From Candidatus Bathyarchaeota archaeon (lineage in GTDB: Archaea; Thermoproteota; Bathyarchaeia; 40CM-2-53-6), in the NCBI GenBank assembly GCA_005888735.1, contig VBBN01000035.1, forward strand, positions 11,671 through 75,670: a DNA stretch of 64,000 nucleotides, given 5' to 3'. The notes under the pieces are model-generated. The model was given only the letters and a program-made list of their open reading frames with translations, searched no databases and was not told the origin of the DNA. Position numbers and translations under genes: made by a program. Of this stretch, positions 19,077 to 27,857 are shown piece by piece. How positions within the stretch are numbered: the stretch's first letter is position 1; each line of letters opens with the position of its first letter.

Positions 19077-19188
19077 GATCTGAGGTGCTGTCTGCTAATA
19101 AGGCTCGCTCGTACAGTCTCTCTAATGTCCAATACTTTATATCGCATCATATCTGATGCGATATATCCAATACGATAGTGTAAGCAAA

Positions 19189-20199
19189 ATGGTCGCAATT
19201 CAGGTTGAGAATCTCGTCATGACCTATGGAGACGGAACAAAAGCCGTCAAGGGGATTTCGTTCGGAGTCGACGAAGGTGAATTTTTCGGGTTCTTGGGAC
19301 CCAATGGTGCTGGAAAGAGTACCACCATCAAGATACTAACAACTCTTCTCCGGAAAACCTCAGGCTCGGTCAAGGTGGCTGGGCACGACGTCGAGCATGA
19401 CGCGCAGACGATAAGGAAGCTCATCGGCGTCCAGATGCAAGATACCGTAATCGATGAGGACCTGACTGGAAGAGAGAACCTCATGCTTCAAGGCCATCTT
19501 CAAAGCTTGCACGGAGAAGACCTGAGGACTCGCGTCAATGAACTCCTAAAGATCGTTGACTTGGAAGGGGCCGCGAACAAACGCGCGGCATATTATTCGG
19601 GTGGTATGAAGAAGCGACTTGACCTGGCATCCACCCTGGTTCACCAACCAAGGCTTCTCTTCCTCGATGAGCCAACGACCGGGTTGGACCCACAAACCAG
19701 GGCAACGGTGTGGAGCTATCTGAAACAGCTCAACCAAGAACAGGGAATCACGATCTTCATCACAACCCAGTATCTTGAAGAGGTTGACCGCCTCTGCCGG
19801 AGGCTTGCAATTCTAGACCATGGCGAGATTGTGGCGAAAGGCTCTCCCGCGGAGCTAAAGCAGGAAATCGGAGCAGACGCCATAACCCTGGGCTTCGGCA
19901 ACGGTACGACTGGGAACGGAACGGCTCGCGAAAAAGCGAAACAGATTCTGACCGGGCTTTCTGGAGTCACGAACATAGTCGACGCGGACGGCGGGGTCGT
20001 AGTCTACGCAAAGAATGGCGGGTTCATGGTCCCAGACATTGTCCGAGCCTTTGACGGAGCTAACATACGGCTGTCCTCGATCGGAGTGTCGACCCCGACC
20101 CTGGACGACGTGTTTCTCAAGCACACCGGTAGGAGAATCAGGCCGGAAGAGCTCGACAAGTCGAGAGGTTCGGGTAGAATGTTTAGCAGGAGAAGGTGA
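19189..20199 (+). CDS. ABC transporter ATP-binding protein (ABC-2/DrrA-like)
   Basis: Walker A GPNGAGKST, signature YSGGMKKRLDLA, Walker B LLFLDEPTTGLD. Probable ATG at 19189 (MVAIQVENL); the ORF track starts at 19156. Confidence 0.85.
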   Translation: MVAIQVENLVMTYGDGTKAVKGISFGVDEGEFFGFLGPNGAGKSTTIKILTTLLRKTSGSVKVAGHDVEHDAQTIRKLIGVQMQDTVIDEDLTGRENLMLQGHLQSLHGEDLRTRVNELLKIVDLEGAANKRAAYYSGGMKKRLDLASTLVHQPRLLFLDEPTTGLDPQTRATVWSYLKQLNQEQGITIFITTQYLEEVDRLCRRLAILDHGEIVAKGSPAELKQEIGADAITLGFGNGTTGNGTAREKAKQILTGLSGVTNIVDADGGVVVYAKNGGFMVPDIVRAFDGANIRLSSIGVSTPTLDDVFLKHTGRRIRPEELDKSRGSGRMFSRRR

Positions 20200-20209
20200 C
20201 TCCGGAGAG

Positions 20210-20995
20210 ATGACCCTGTTTTCCGACACTTCTCATCTCTTTGTTCGATCTATGAAGAAGCTGCTCCGCAACCCAATACTGCTCTTCTTCTCGCTCTTTC
20301 AGCCCGTAATCTTTCTCTTGTTCTTCACCCAACTGTTCAGCAAGTTCTCCCTGCTGCCCGGATTTCCAGCCGGGGCCAGCTATCAGGACTACGCAGTGGC
20401 AGGGATAGTTCTGCAGAACGGGTTCTCCAGCTCCTTCCAATCCGGAACCGCCATCGTAGACGACTTACGTTCAGGGTTCCTCAGCAAAATGCTTGCAACG
20501 CCTGTGAGCAGGTCAGCGATCCTATTGGGTCGAATCCTCAGCGATGCTTTTAGGGTGATTGTCCAGTCGACCATAATATTCGGGCTCGCATTCATTTTGG
20601 GCACTTCTGCAGCCACTGGAATACTAGGATATCTCGTGGCACTATCGATCATCGCCTTTTTTGGGCTAGCATGGTCTGGAATCTCTCTCTCGATTGGGCT
20701 AAGGACGAAAAGCGCTGAAACTGTTTTCGGCATCGCAGGATTTCTTACCTTTCCACTACTGTTCACAAGCACTGCGCTGGTGTCGTCCGGTGTACTGCCG
20801 AAATGGATGCAGACTGTATCGAGCTACAACCCGATAAGTTACACGACTGATGCGATCCGGGCTCTCGTTCTCGGCATGAACTCCAACACAGGCTATACTG
20901 TAGGGACAATTCTAACCGCCTATGGAGTGATCGGGTTTATCGGAATCTTGACGATGGGAGCCACCCTATACCTGTTCCGAAAAGTGGTCAGCTGA
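20210..20995 (+). CDS. ABC-2 family transporter permease
   Basis: Six-TM hydrophobic profile immediately downstream of the ATPase. Likely start ATG at 20210 (MTLFSDTSHLF); the track ORF begins inside the ATPase gene. Confidence 0.7.
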   Translation: MTLFSDTSHLFVRSMKKLLRNPILLFFSLFQPVIFLLFFTQLFSKFSLLPGFPAGASYQDYAVAGIVLQNGFSSSFQSGTAIVDDLRSGFLSKMLATPVSRSAILLGRILSDAFRVIVQSTIIFGLAFILGTSAATGILGYLVALSIIAFFGLAWSGISLSIGLRTKSAETVFGIAGFLTFPLLFTSTALVSSGVLPKWMQTVSSYNPISYTTDAIRALVLGMNSNTGYTVGTILTAYGVIGFIGILTMGATLYLFRKVVS

Positions 20996-21112
20996 GAACC
21001 CAGATCTCCACAGGCAGAGCAGAGGGACCAACTGCACCACGGTGCCCGTGAAGTCTACTACCTAGCCTCACGCCCGTAAACGATAAAGCGAGCGACTTTC
21101 TCTCTGAAAACC

Positions 21113-22558
21113 GTGAGCACTTCTAAAGGTCTAGGTGAAGACCTGGCTAAGCTATCTCTCGACATCGCTTCGAGAGAGAATGCGACATATGCGGATTTTA
21201 GACTGGTAAATGGTCGAGACCAGATTGTCACTGTTGTCAACGACAACTCTAGCAGCGAAGAGACCCAGTCCATGGGAGCTGGCATCCGCGTCCTCTATGG
21301 AGGAACCGGATGGGGCTTCGCAGAAACAGACGAAACGAACGACGACAGCATAAGAGAAACCACGCTAAAAGCCCTGTCCCTCGCCAGAGGAGCATCAAAG
21401 ATTGGCTCAGCGGTGTCCTTCGCCGATGAACCTGTCCATGTGGACAGGTGGGAGTCGCCTGTCAAGAAGGATCCCTTCGATGTTTCGTTGGAGGAAAAGT
21501 ACCGTGCTCTCCAAGAGTCAACCGGCAAAATGAAGGGAGAGGGGATCGTTGTTCGAAGGGGACAGATGAACTTCTCCACCGTCGAGAAATACTTCGCCAG
21601 TTCAGCCGGCTCAAAAATACACCAGAACTTCACGTACTCCGGCGCCGCGCTAGCTGTCGCAGCGAAAGGTCCTGCGGGTCTCCAAACGCGCTCAACCCGA
21701 CAATACATGTCTCGCGGCTACGAACTCATTGACGAGCTGGATCTGCCAACGCAAGCCCCGGAGCTAACCAAAGACGCACTAGCACTAGTCAACGCGAAAA
21801 GGTGTCCTGATGGAAAGTCTGACATCATACTCAGCGGGGACCAAGTCGCACTTCAAGTCCATGAGTCGGCCGGGCATCCCATAGAACTAGACCGCGTCCT
21901 GGGGTACGAGGCCAACTTTGCAGGTAGAAGCTTTCTCACACCCGACCAGCTCGGTAGATTACAATACGGGTCGGACAAGGTCAACATAGTGATGGATGCA
22001 ACCCCGGAGCACGGTCCAGGGCTGGGAACCTTCCGCTACGACGACGAAGGCGTCAAGTCCCAGAAAAAATATGCTGTCAAGGAGGGAAAGTTTGTCGGTT
22101 ACCTGATGTCACGCAACACAGCTTCAAAGGTTGGAGAAGCCCGGAGCAACGGCTGTATGCGAGCCGAAGGCTATCATCTCCCAATAATCCGGATGACAAA
22201 CGTTAGCCTGGAACCAGGCGATTGGAACTATGACGAAATTGTCGAAGACACAAAGGATGGATTTCTAATGGTCACCAACTATGGCTGGAGCATCGACCAG
22301 AAACGGTACAACTTCCAGTTCAACTGCGAAAAAGGATACCGCATACGCAATGGTAGCATAGAGGAAATGGTGAGAGGACCAGGCTATCAGGGAATTACTC
22401 CCGAGTTCTGGAACTCGTGCGACGCCGTGGGCGACCGTAAGAGCTGGGTTCTGTGGGGAACCCCTAACTGCGGCAAAGGACAACCTACCCAGATAATGAT
22501 AACGGGGCACGGAGCCTCTCCTGCAAGGTTTAGGAACGTCAAAGTCTTCGGAGCCTGA
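21113..22558 (+). CDS. tldD: TldD family metalloprotease
   Basis: HESAGHPIELDRVLG (HExxxH) and the TldD/PmbA fold pattern. 481 aa. Confidence 0.8.
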   Translation: MSTSKGLGEDLAKLSLDIASRENATYADFRLVNGRDQIVTVVNDNSSSEETQSMGAGIRVLYGGTGWGFAETDETNDDSIRETTLKALSLARGASKIGSAVSFADEPVHVDRWESPVKKDPFDVSLEEKYRALQESTGKMKGEGIVVRRGQMNFSTVEKYFASSAGSKIHQNFTYSGAALAVAAKGPAGLQTRSTRQYMSRGYELIDELDLPTQAPELTKDALALVNAKRCPDGKSDIILSGDQVALQVHESAGHPIELDRVLGYEANFAGRSFLTPDQLGRLQYGSDKVNIVMDATPEHGPGLGTFRYDDEGVKSQKKYAVKEGKFVGYLMSRNTASKVGEARSNGCMRAEGYHLPIIRMTNVSLEPGDWNYDEIVEDTKDGFLMVTNYGWSIDQKRYNFQFNCEKGYRIRNGSIEEMVRGPGYQGITPEFWNSCDAVGDRKSWVLWGTPNCGKGQPTQIMITGHGASPARFRNVKVFGA

Positions 22559-23970
22559 TGGACATGGCCCAGAAAATGATGCAGCCCGACAGCCTGCTCA
22601 AGGAGCGAGCCCACGAGTTATTTCGCACAGTGAAGGACGCGGCTCGCGAGGCAGACGGAATAGAGATAACCCTGACCACCGGCCAGAGCGAGAATCTCAG
22701 GTTCGGAAACAACGAGCTCGGACAATCCCAATTTGGCAAGAGCCGAAATCTGTCAATCCGCCTGACACTAGACAAGAGGCAGGCCCGGGCGACTACTGGA
22801 CGGCTCGAGAAGAGCCTCGTCGAAAAGACGGTCGAAAAGGCGCTTAGTCAAGCCCGTACCAGCCCTCAAGACCCAGACCATCTACCAATGTTGGAGGCTC
22901 AGCGTTATCATGGCTTGGACAGGTATCACGAGCGGACTCTTACCGAGCCTGCTGAGCAAAAGGCTGCCCACATAGGCTTTGCCATCGACCTAGCACGCAA
23001 GAACGGTCTCTTGGCATCAGGGGTCTTAGGGACGAACGTGGGCAACGTCTGGATACTGAATAGCGTTGGGCTAGAGGCCAATTACAAGGGGACAAACGGA
23101 TTCTATTCGCTTACAATGGACGCGGACAATGGCAACCAAACCGGGTATGCGCTTTCCACCTTCGCCGATATCCGAGAGCTGGACGCTGGAAAAGTTGCAG
23201 AGACAGCCCTCGAGAGGGCTCGGCTAAACAAGAACCAAGGTGAAACCCTGCCCGGAAAATATGACGTTGTGGTGGACCCGTACGCGTGGAGCGAGACTCT
23301 CTTTTTCCTCACAGTTTCCGCCACGGCAGGGTACGCTCCCGATTTCGGCATGAGGCAGTACAAGGAAGGGCGAAGTTACCTCTCCGGAAGACTTGGAGAG
23401 AAGATCATGGGCGATAACATCAGTATCGAGGACGACGCCTACCATCCCCTCCAGACGGGTCCCAGCTTCGACGGCGAATGATATCCGAAGAGTCCCGTCT
23501 CACTTGTTGAGAACGGAGAACTGCGAGGTCTCGCCTCCTCCCGAATCTCCGCCCACAGGTACAATGACGCGAAGCCCACGGGGCACGAGCTGCAACTGCC
23601 CAATCCACTCGGCGAGACCCCGACCAATCTCGTCGTCCGAGCCAAAGGGCCTACGAAGACTGTGGAGAAACTTGTCGGGGAGCTAGATAAGGGGATACTG
23701 ATCACTCGGCTCTGGTATGTTAGAGAGGTAGAGCCGAGAACGAAGACAGTAACCGGCATGACGAGAGATGGAACATTCCTCGTTGAGAATGGGGAGATCA
23801 AGAAGCCTCTCCGGAACCTGAGGTTCAACCAGAGCCTCCTAGAACTGTTCAGCAATATCGAATCAGCTTCTGAACCGATCAGAAACACCACCGACTTTGG
23901 CGGGGCAACAATTCTCCAACCTGGAATACTGGCGAGGGGCTTCAACTTCACCAGCGCATCCGTATTCTGA
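22558..23970 (+). CDS. pmbA: PmbA/TldE family protein interrupted by one in-frame TGA (23479-23481). The reading frame continues without further stops to 23970.
   Basis: N-part 22558..23481 and the C-terminal PmbA region (GILITRLWY...TGMTRDGTFLVENGEI) are in the same frame. The stop sits where the conserved DxEG glycine is expected (SFDGE*YPKSPVSLVENGEL). Confidence 0.7.
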
Positions 23971-24485
23971 GAGAAAGCACTCCATACCGCGACTTCAATC
24001 TCTCAACAGTGCCCGGGAAGAGTTACGCCAGGTTAATCACCAGTTCGGAGTCTCGAAACATTAGTCCACGCGTGTTGCAGACACGCCGCCGAGCATCGCC
24101 AAGAACAGCCAGTGAGATATGTGGAAGACGCAAGAAGCCAACGAGAACGAAGCCCACCCTTGGCTGAGTTAGTCCAAGGGGAGGCGAATCCGAGGAGACC
24201 CGTGAGTACTACAGGAAAATACTCAATTCAAACAGGCTCCGTGCGGAAGAGAGACGAGAGATCGAATTTGTAGAGAAGCTCCAGGTCAACGCTGAAACCC
24301 TTATCGAGCATGCCCGAAGAGTAGCGGCTCAGCAGGCGCGGAAGACGTACAGATGCGAAGCCTGCGGTCTAGAGCTTCTTGGCGTTCTCGCGTTCGCCGA
24401 GCATGATGAGCAAACCTCCCATATGACTGAACTGGGCAAGAAAGTACAGTTCGGCGGCGAGGTCTAAGAACAGACCGAAATATTC

Positions 24486-25880
24486 CTAGTTGCTCGTGCC
24501 TGCGGCAAGGGCTACTAAAAGGTCGCCAACATTCGTCCCAGTAGGCCCAGTTACAATGAGGCTGTCGAGCTTCTCGAAGAAGTGGTAAGAATCATTTCTC
24601 TTCAGAAAGGATTCTACCTTCAATTTTCGGCGAGTCGCAAGATTTAGAGTATCCCAACTCGCTAGAGCCCCTGCCGCACGGGTCGAGCCATCTATCCCAT
24701 CAGTGTCCATTGAGCCTATGGCAAGCCCTTGCACTCCTGCCAATCTGAGAACCGCGGACAGTACTACCTCCTGGTTCCGGCCACCCATTCCCCTCCCCTT
24801 CACGGTGACAGTCGTCTCTCCCCCGCCAACCAAGGCAAAGAGACGCGAAGCTCTGAACCTAGAACTGGCGCCGTCTACTAGGGCGCTGCCTATTGCAGTG
24901 CCCACATGTCGGGCCTCGCCTTGTAGCCTTTCCGGTAGGATTGTCGTCCTGTAGCCTTTCCTTCGAAGGAAGCGAGCTGCCTCTACACATGTGTCTCTAT
25001 TGGTTCCCACGATGAAGCTGTGAATGCGGTCGAAAATCTTCGATCCTCTTTTCGGGGTCTCAGGGAGAAGTCCTTGCCGCCCGTTCTCGATAACCATTCG
25101 GACGTTTTCCGGGATCTTATTCCAGAGCCGGTATTTCTTCAGAACTAGCTTTGCTTCGGCGAAGGTTGTTTCGTCCGGCGCCAGGGGCCCAGATGCGATC
25201 GAGTCAAGCCTGTTCGAGAGAACGTCCGAGATAATCAACACTACGACAGTCGCCGGACAAAGCCGTTCCGCCAAGCGCCCTCCTTTTATTGCGGAAAGAT
25301 GCTTTCGAACAGCGTTAATCTCCTCAATTCTAGCTCCGGATTTCAGGAGAAGGTCGGTGACTCGGACCTTATCGCTGACGCGAATCCCTGAAGCTGGCAA
25401 GGGCATCAAAGCCGACCCCCCTCCCGACAGGAGGCAGATCACGAGGTCTCGCTCTGTCCGGTCTCTGGTCATGGACAGCATTTTTTCGACACCTTTGGCG
25501 CCAATTACGCTGGGAAGAGGGTGGGTGGCCTTGTGGAACTGGACGAACCTGGGTTTCGGGATTGAGGTGAGATAGTCTGGAACATTTACCAGGCCTTCGG
25601 TTATCTTATCTCCCAAAACTCTCTCCACCTCCAAGGTCATCAGAGCAGCGGCTTTCCCTCCGCCTAGCACGAAGAGCCGGTTGAACTTGGACAGGTCGAA
25701 GTGTCGAGAGTTCACTCGGAGATTGTGACCCTCTAGCCGAACGTGCCTCCGCAAAAGCCTCTGAGGGTTCGCGCCCTCGAGGCCTGCAGACAGAGCATCG
25801 ATGACATGTCTTCGGGCTAGGCTCTCCTGCAGTCTCGAGAATGTGTGTAATGCCTCAAGCGCCTTTGCACTCCCCAGCAT
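24486..25880 (-). CDS. glycerate 2-kinase (MOFRL family)
   Basis: DUF4147/MOFRL architecture with FVLGGGKAA and LLSGGGSALMP motifs. 464 aa. Confidence 0.8.
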   Translation of the reverse strand: MLGSAKALEALHTFSRLQESLARRHVIDALSAGLEGANPQRLLRRHVRLEGHNLRVNSRHFDLSKFNRLFVLGGGKAAALMTLEVERVLGDKITEGLVNVPDYLTSIPKPRFVQFHKATHPLPSVIGAKGVEKMLSMTRDRTERDLVICLLSGGGSALMPLPASGIRVSDKVRVTDLLLKSGARIEEINAVRKHLSAIKGGRLAERLCPATVVVLIISDVLSNRLDSIASGPLAPDETTFAEAKLVLKKYRLWNKIPENVRMVIENGRQGLLPETPKRGSKIFDRIHSFIVGTNRDTCVEAARFLRRKGYRTTILPERLQGEARHVGTAIGSALVDGASSRFRASRLFALVGGGETTVTVKGRGMGGRNQEVVLSAVLRLAGVQGLAIGSMDTDGIDGSTRAAGALASWDTLNLATRRKLKVESFLKRNDSYHFFEKLDSLIVTGPTGTNVGDLLVALAAGTSN

Positions 25881-25901
25881 GTTTGACCCCTTGATTCTAG
25901 A

Positions 25902-26894
25902 TCAGTTTACATAGTCAGACCGTTTGACAATGTTCTTTGGCTGCAATCCTCTCAGGAACCTCAGAGTATTCTCAACTGCCAACACGACAGGGCGACGTCC
26001 AACCACTGCTGAAGGTCCAGAAACGTGAAGCGTTCCGATAAAGTTCGGTAGGGCAGTGAACGGGAAGGTGGTCTCAAGCGACTCCTTACCATTTCTGTAC
26101 CACCAAACATCTGTTGCGAATCGAAAGGTCGGATTCGCTTTCAAGTGCTCGAATAGTGCTCTCTCCTCGACGAGTTCTCCCCGTCCAATGTTAACAAGTA
26201 TGGCGTTGCTCTTCATCTCTACAAGCGTTTCTTTGTTGATAATTCCTCTCGTAAGCCGGTTCAATGGGAGAGCGAGCACTACGGCATCACTCTTCCCAAG
26301 AACTTGGGTCAGTCCTTTCCCACCGCTGAAAACCCGAATACCCCCACTCCTTGACTGCTTCCGTGAGAAAGCATTGACGTTCATCCCAAAGGCTCTCGCT
26401 ACTCTGGCCACTGAAACTCCAATACCCCCATAGCCCAGAATTCCCAGGGCCTTGCCCGTCAGAACCGTGATGCCTCTGGCCGCATCCCCATGCCGGACAA
26501 GAACCCCCCGACCCTCTTTGATTTGGAGGTGTTGTTCAACGATACTTTTCGCGGCAGCCAGAAGGAGTCCCCAGGCATGTTCCGCCACTTCGTCCGAGTA
26601 CGCCCCCGCGTTACTGCAGACAATGACATTCCCGTCGATGAGTCCGAAAGGGATGTGGTTAACGCCTGCAAGAATGCTCTGAATGAATCTCAACCGTTTC
26701 ATCCGCGCTAGTCTTTCCTCCGTGAGGAAAGCCGGCCACGCGAAAACCAACAAACAATCAGTTGAAGGGAGAAGGACCTGAAGTTCATTCTCGGCAAGCC
26801 TCGTGGCAATGATTACGTTGGCGTGCCTTGAGAGACGTTTGATGCTCTGCTTGTCAAGCAGATCTGTGGTGACAAGCACCGTCCTTCTAGTCAA
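25902..26894 (-). CDS. D-isomer-specific 2-hydroxyacid dehydrogenase (hydroxypyruvate/glyoxylate reductase-like)
   Basis: NAD-binding GILGYGGIGVSVAR, catalytic domain pattern, 330 aa. Adjacent to glycerate kinase. Confidence 0.8.
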   Translation of the reverse strand: MTRRTVLVTTDLLDKQSIKRLSRHANVIIATRLAENELQVLLPSTDCLLVFAWPAFLTEERLARMKRLRFIQSILAGVNHIPFGLIDGNVIVCSNAGAYSDEVAEHAWGLLLAAAKSIVEQHLQIKEGRGVLVRHGDAARGITVLTGKALGILGYGGIGVSVARVARAFGMNVNAFSRKQSRSGGIRVFSGGKGLTQVLGKSDAVVLALPLNRLTRGIINKETLVEMKSNAILVNIGRGELVEERALFEHLKANPTFRFATDVWWYRNGKESLETTFPFTALPNFIGTLHVSGPSAVVGRRPVVLAVENTLRFLRGLQPKNIVKRSDYVN

Positions 26895-27129
26895 ATCGAG
26901 AGCTAAGGCGGTCCGTCAGCGCAGATAACTTGGTACCCCTAGACCTAGTTGACCTTTCTGTAGAATTGTGCTCTGCCCCGTTTCCATTCTCTCAAACGCT
27001 CAGAGGTACCGAACCGACGACTACAGAATTTTAAAATCCAGGTTACTTGGTCCTGACTTCACCTCGGACAGAATGCTGTATAGGCTTCCTAGACTTGCTC
27101 TTCGCAGAAAACCCGGTGTTGGCATCGGG

Positions 27130-27666
27130 TTATGTCCTGACGACTCCAGCGGGCCGCAATCTTCGAGCTACGACTATTCCAAAGAAGCCTCCCAGAGCGC
27201 CGATAAGGACGTCAGTTATCAGGGCGATCACCCAAATTGTGAGAGGGAGAATCGTGCCTAGCGCTTCGAACAGTGCAAGGACCACTGCTGCCATTGCAAG
27301 ACTGCCAAGTGATGCCGCGAGGACGATTTGAGACCGAGAGGGAGAAGTTCGTTTATCCCGGTTGATGACTTTCAGATAACCGTCGAAAACTAGCCCGTTT
27401 ACTACGAGGGCTGCAGCGACATGAGGGGGAAATGGAATTGGGGTTAGCAGAAAGAGTAGAAAGATGAGCCCTGAAGTCGTTCCCAGCAGTGTAGCCGTCC
27501 AGGGTTTTCCGACGACGACTACCAGAATGGCGAACAGTGCTGATATTAGAAAGAACAGATCCGCAGAGCGAGTGACGGTCCGGAGAGTGTAACTGGATAC
27601 GGAGCCGACGACTACGTAAAGGGCTGTAAGTGCGGCGACAATCGAAACGTCTCTTGTAGTAAGCAT
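27130..27666 (-). CDS. multi-pass membrane protein (hypothetical; possibly a small-substrate transporter S-component-like)
   Basis: 178 aa with five or six hydrophobic helices. No family motif recognised. Confidence 0.35.
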   Translation of the reverse strand: MLTTRDVSIVAALTALYVVVGSVSSYTLRTVTRSADLFFLISALFAILVVVVGKPWTATLLGTTSGLIFLLFLLTPIPFPPHVAAALVVNGLVFDGYLKVINRDKRTSPSRSQIVLAASLGSLAMAAVVLALFEALGTILPLTIWVIALITDVLIGALGGFFGIVVARRLRPAGVVRT

Positions 27667-27857
27667 GTTTCGCTACCTGAGGGATGCGAGTTTCTGTTCG
27701 GTGTGCATGAAATTTGGGGGTATTTAACGGGGCTCTCTGTTAAGTCTTGTAATCGTATAGATTCGGCGAGCCTTTTCTCTCAAAGAGTGTCATAAGTCTA
27801 AGCGTACTCTCGCTCCTTTAACGGTGCGTGGAGGAAATGTGTATCTCTCAAAGAGAT

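Noticed and set aside
23479-23481. In-frame TGA in pmbA read as Gly (code 25) or selenocysteine
   Set aside because: TGA terminates many well-supported genes here (tldD, amt, the ABC genes). The organism is archaeal, not SR1/Gracilibacteria, and PmbA is not a known selenoprotein. The position matches an invariant Gly, consistent with a simple G->T lesion.
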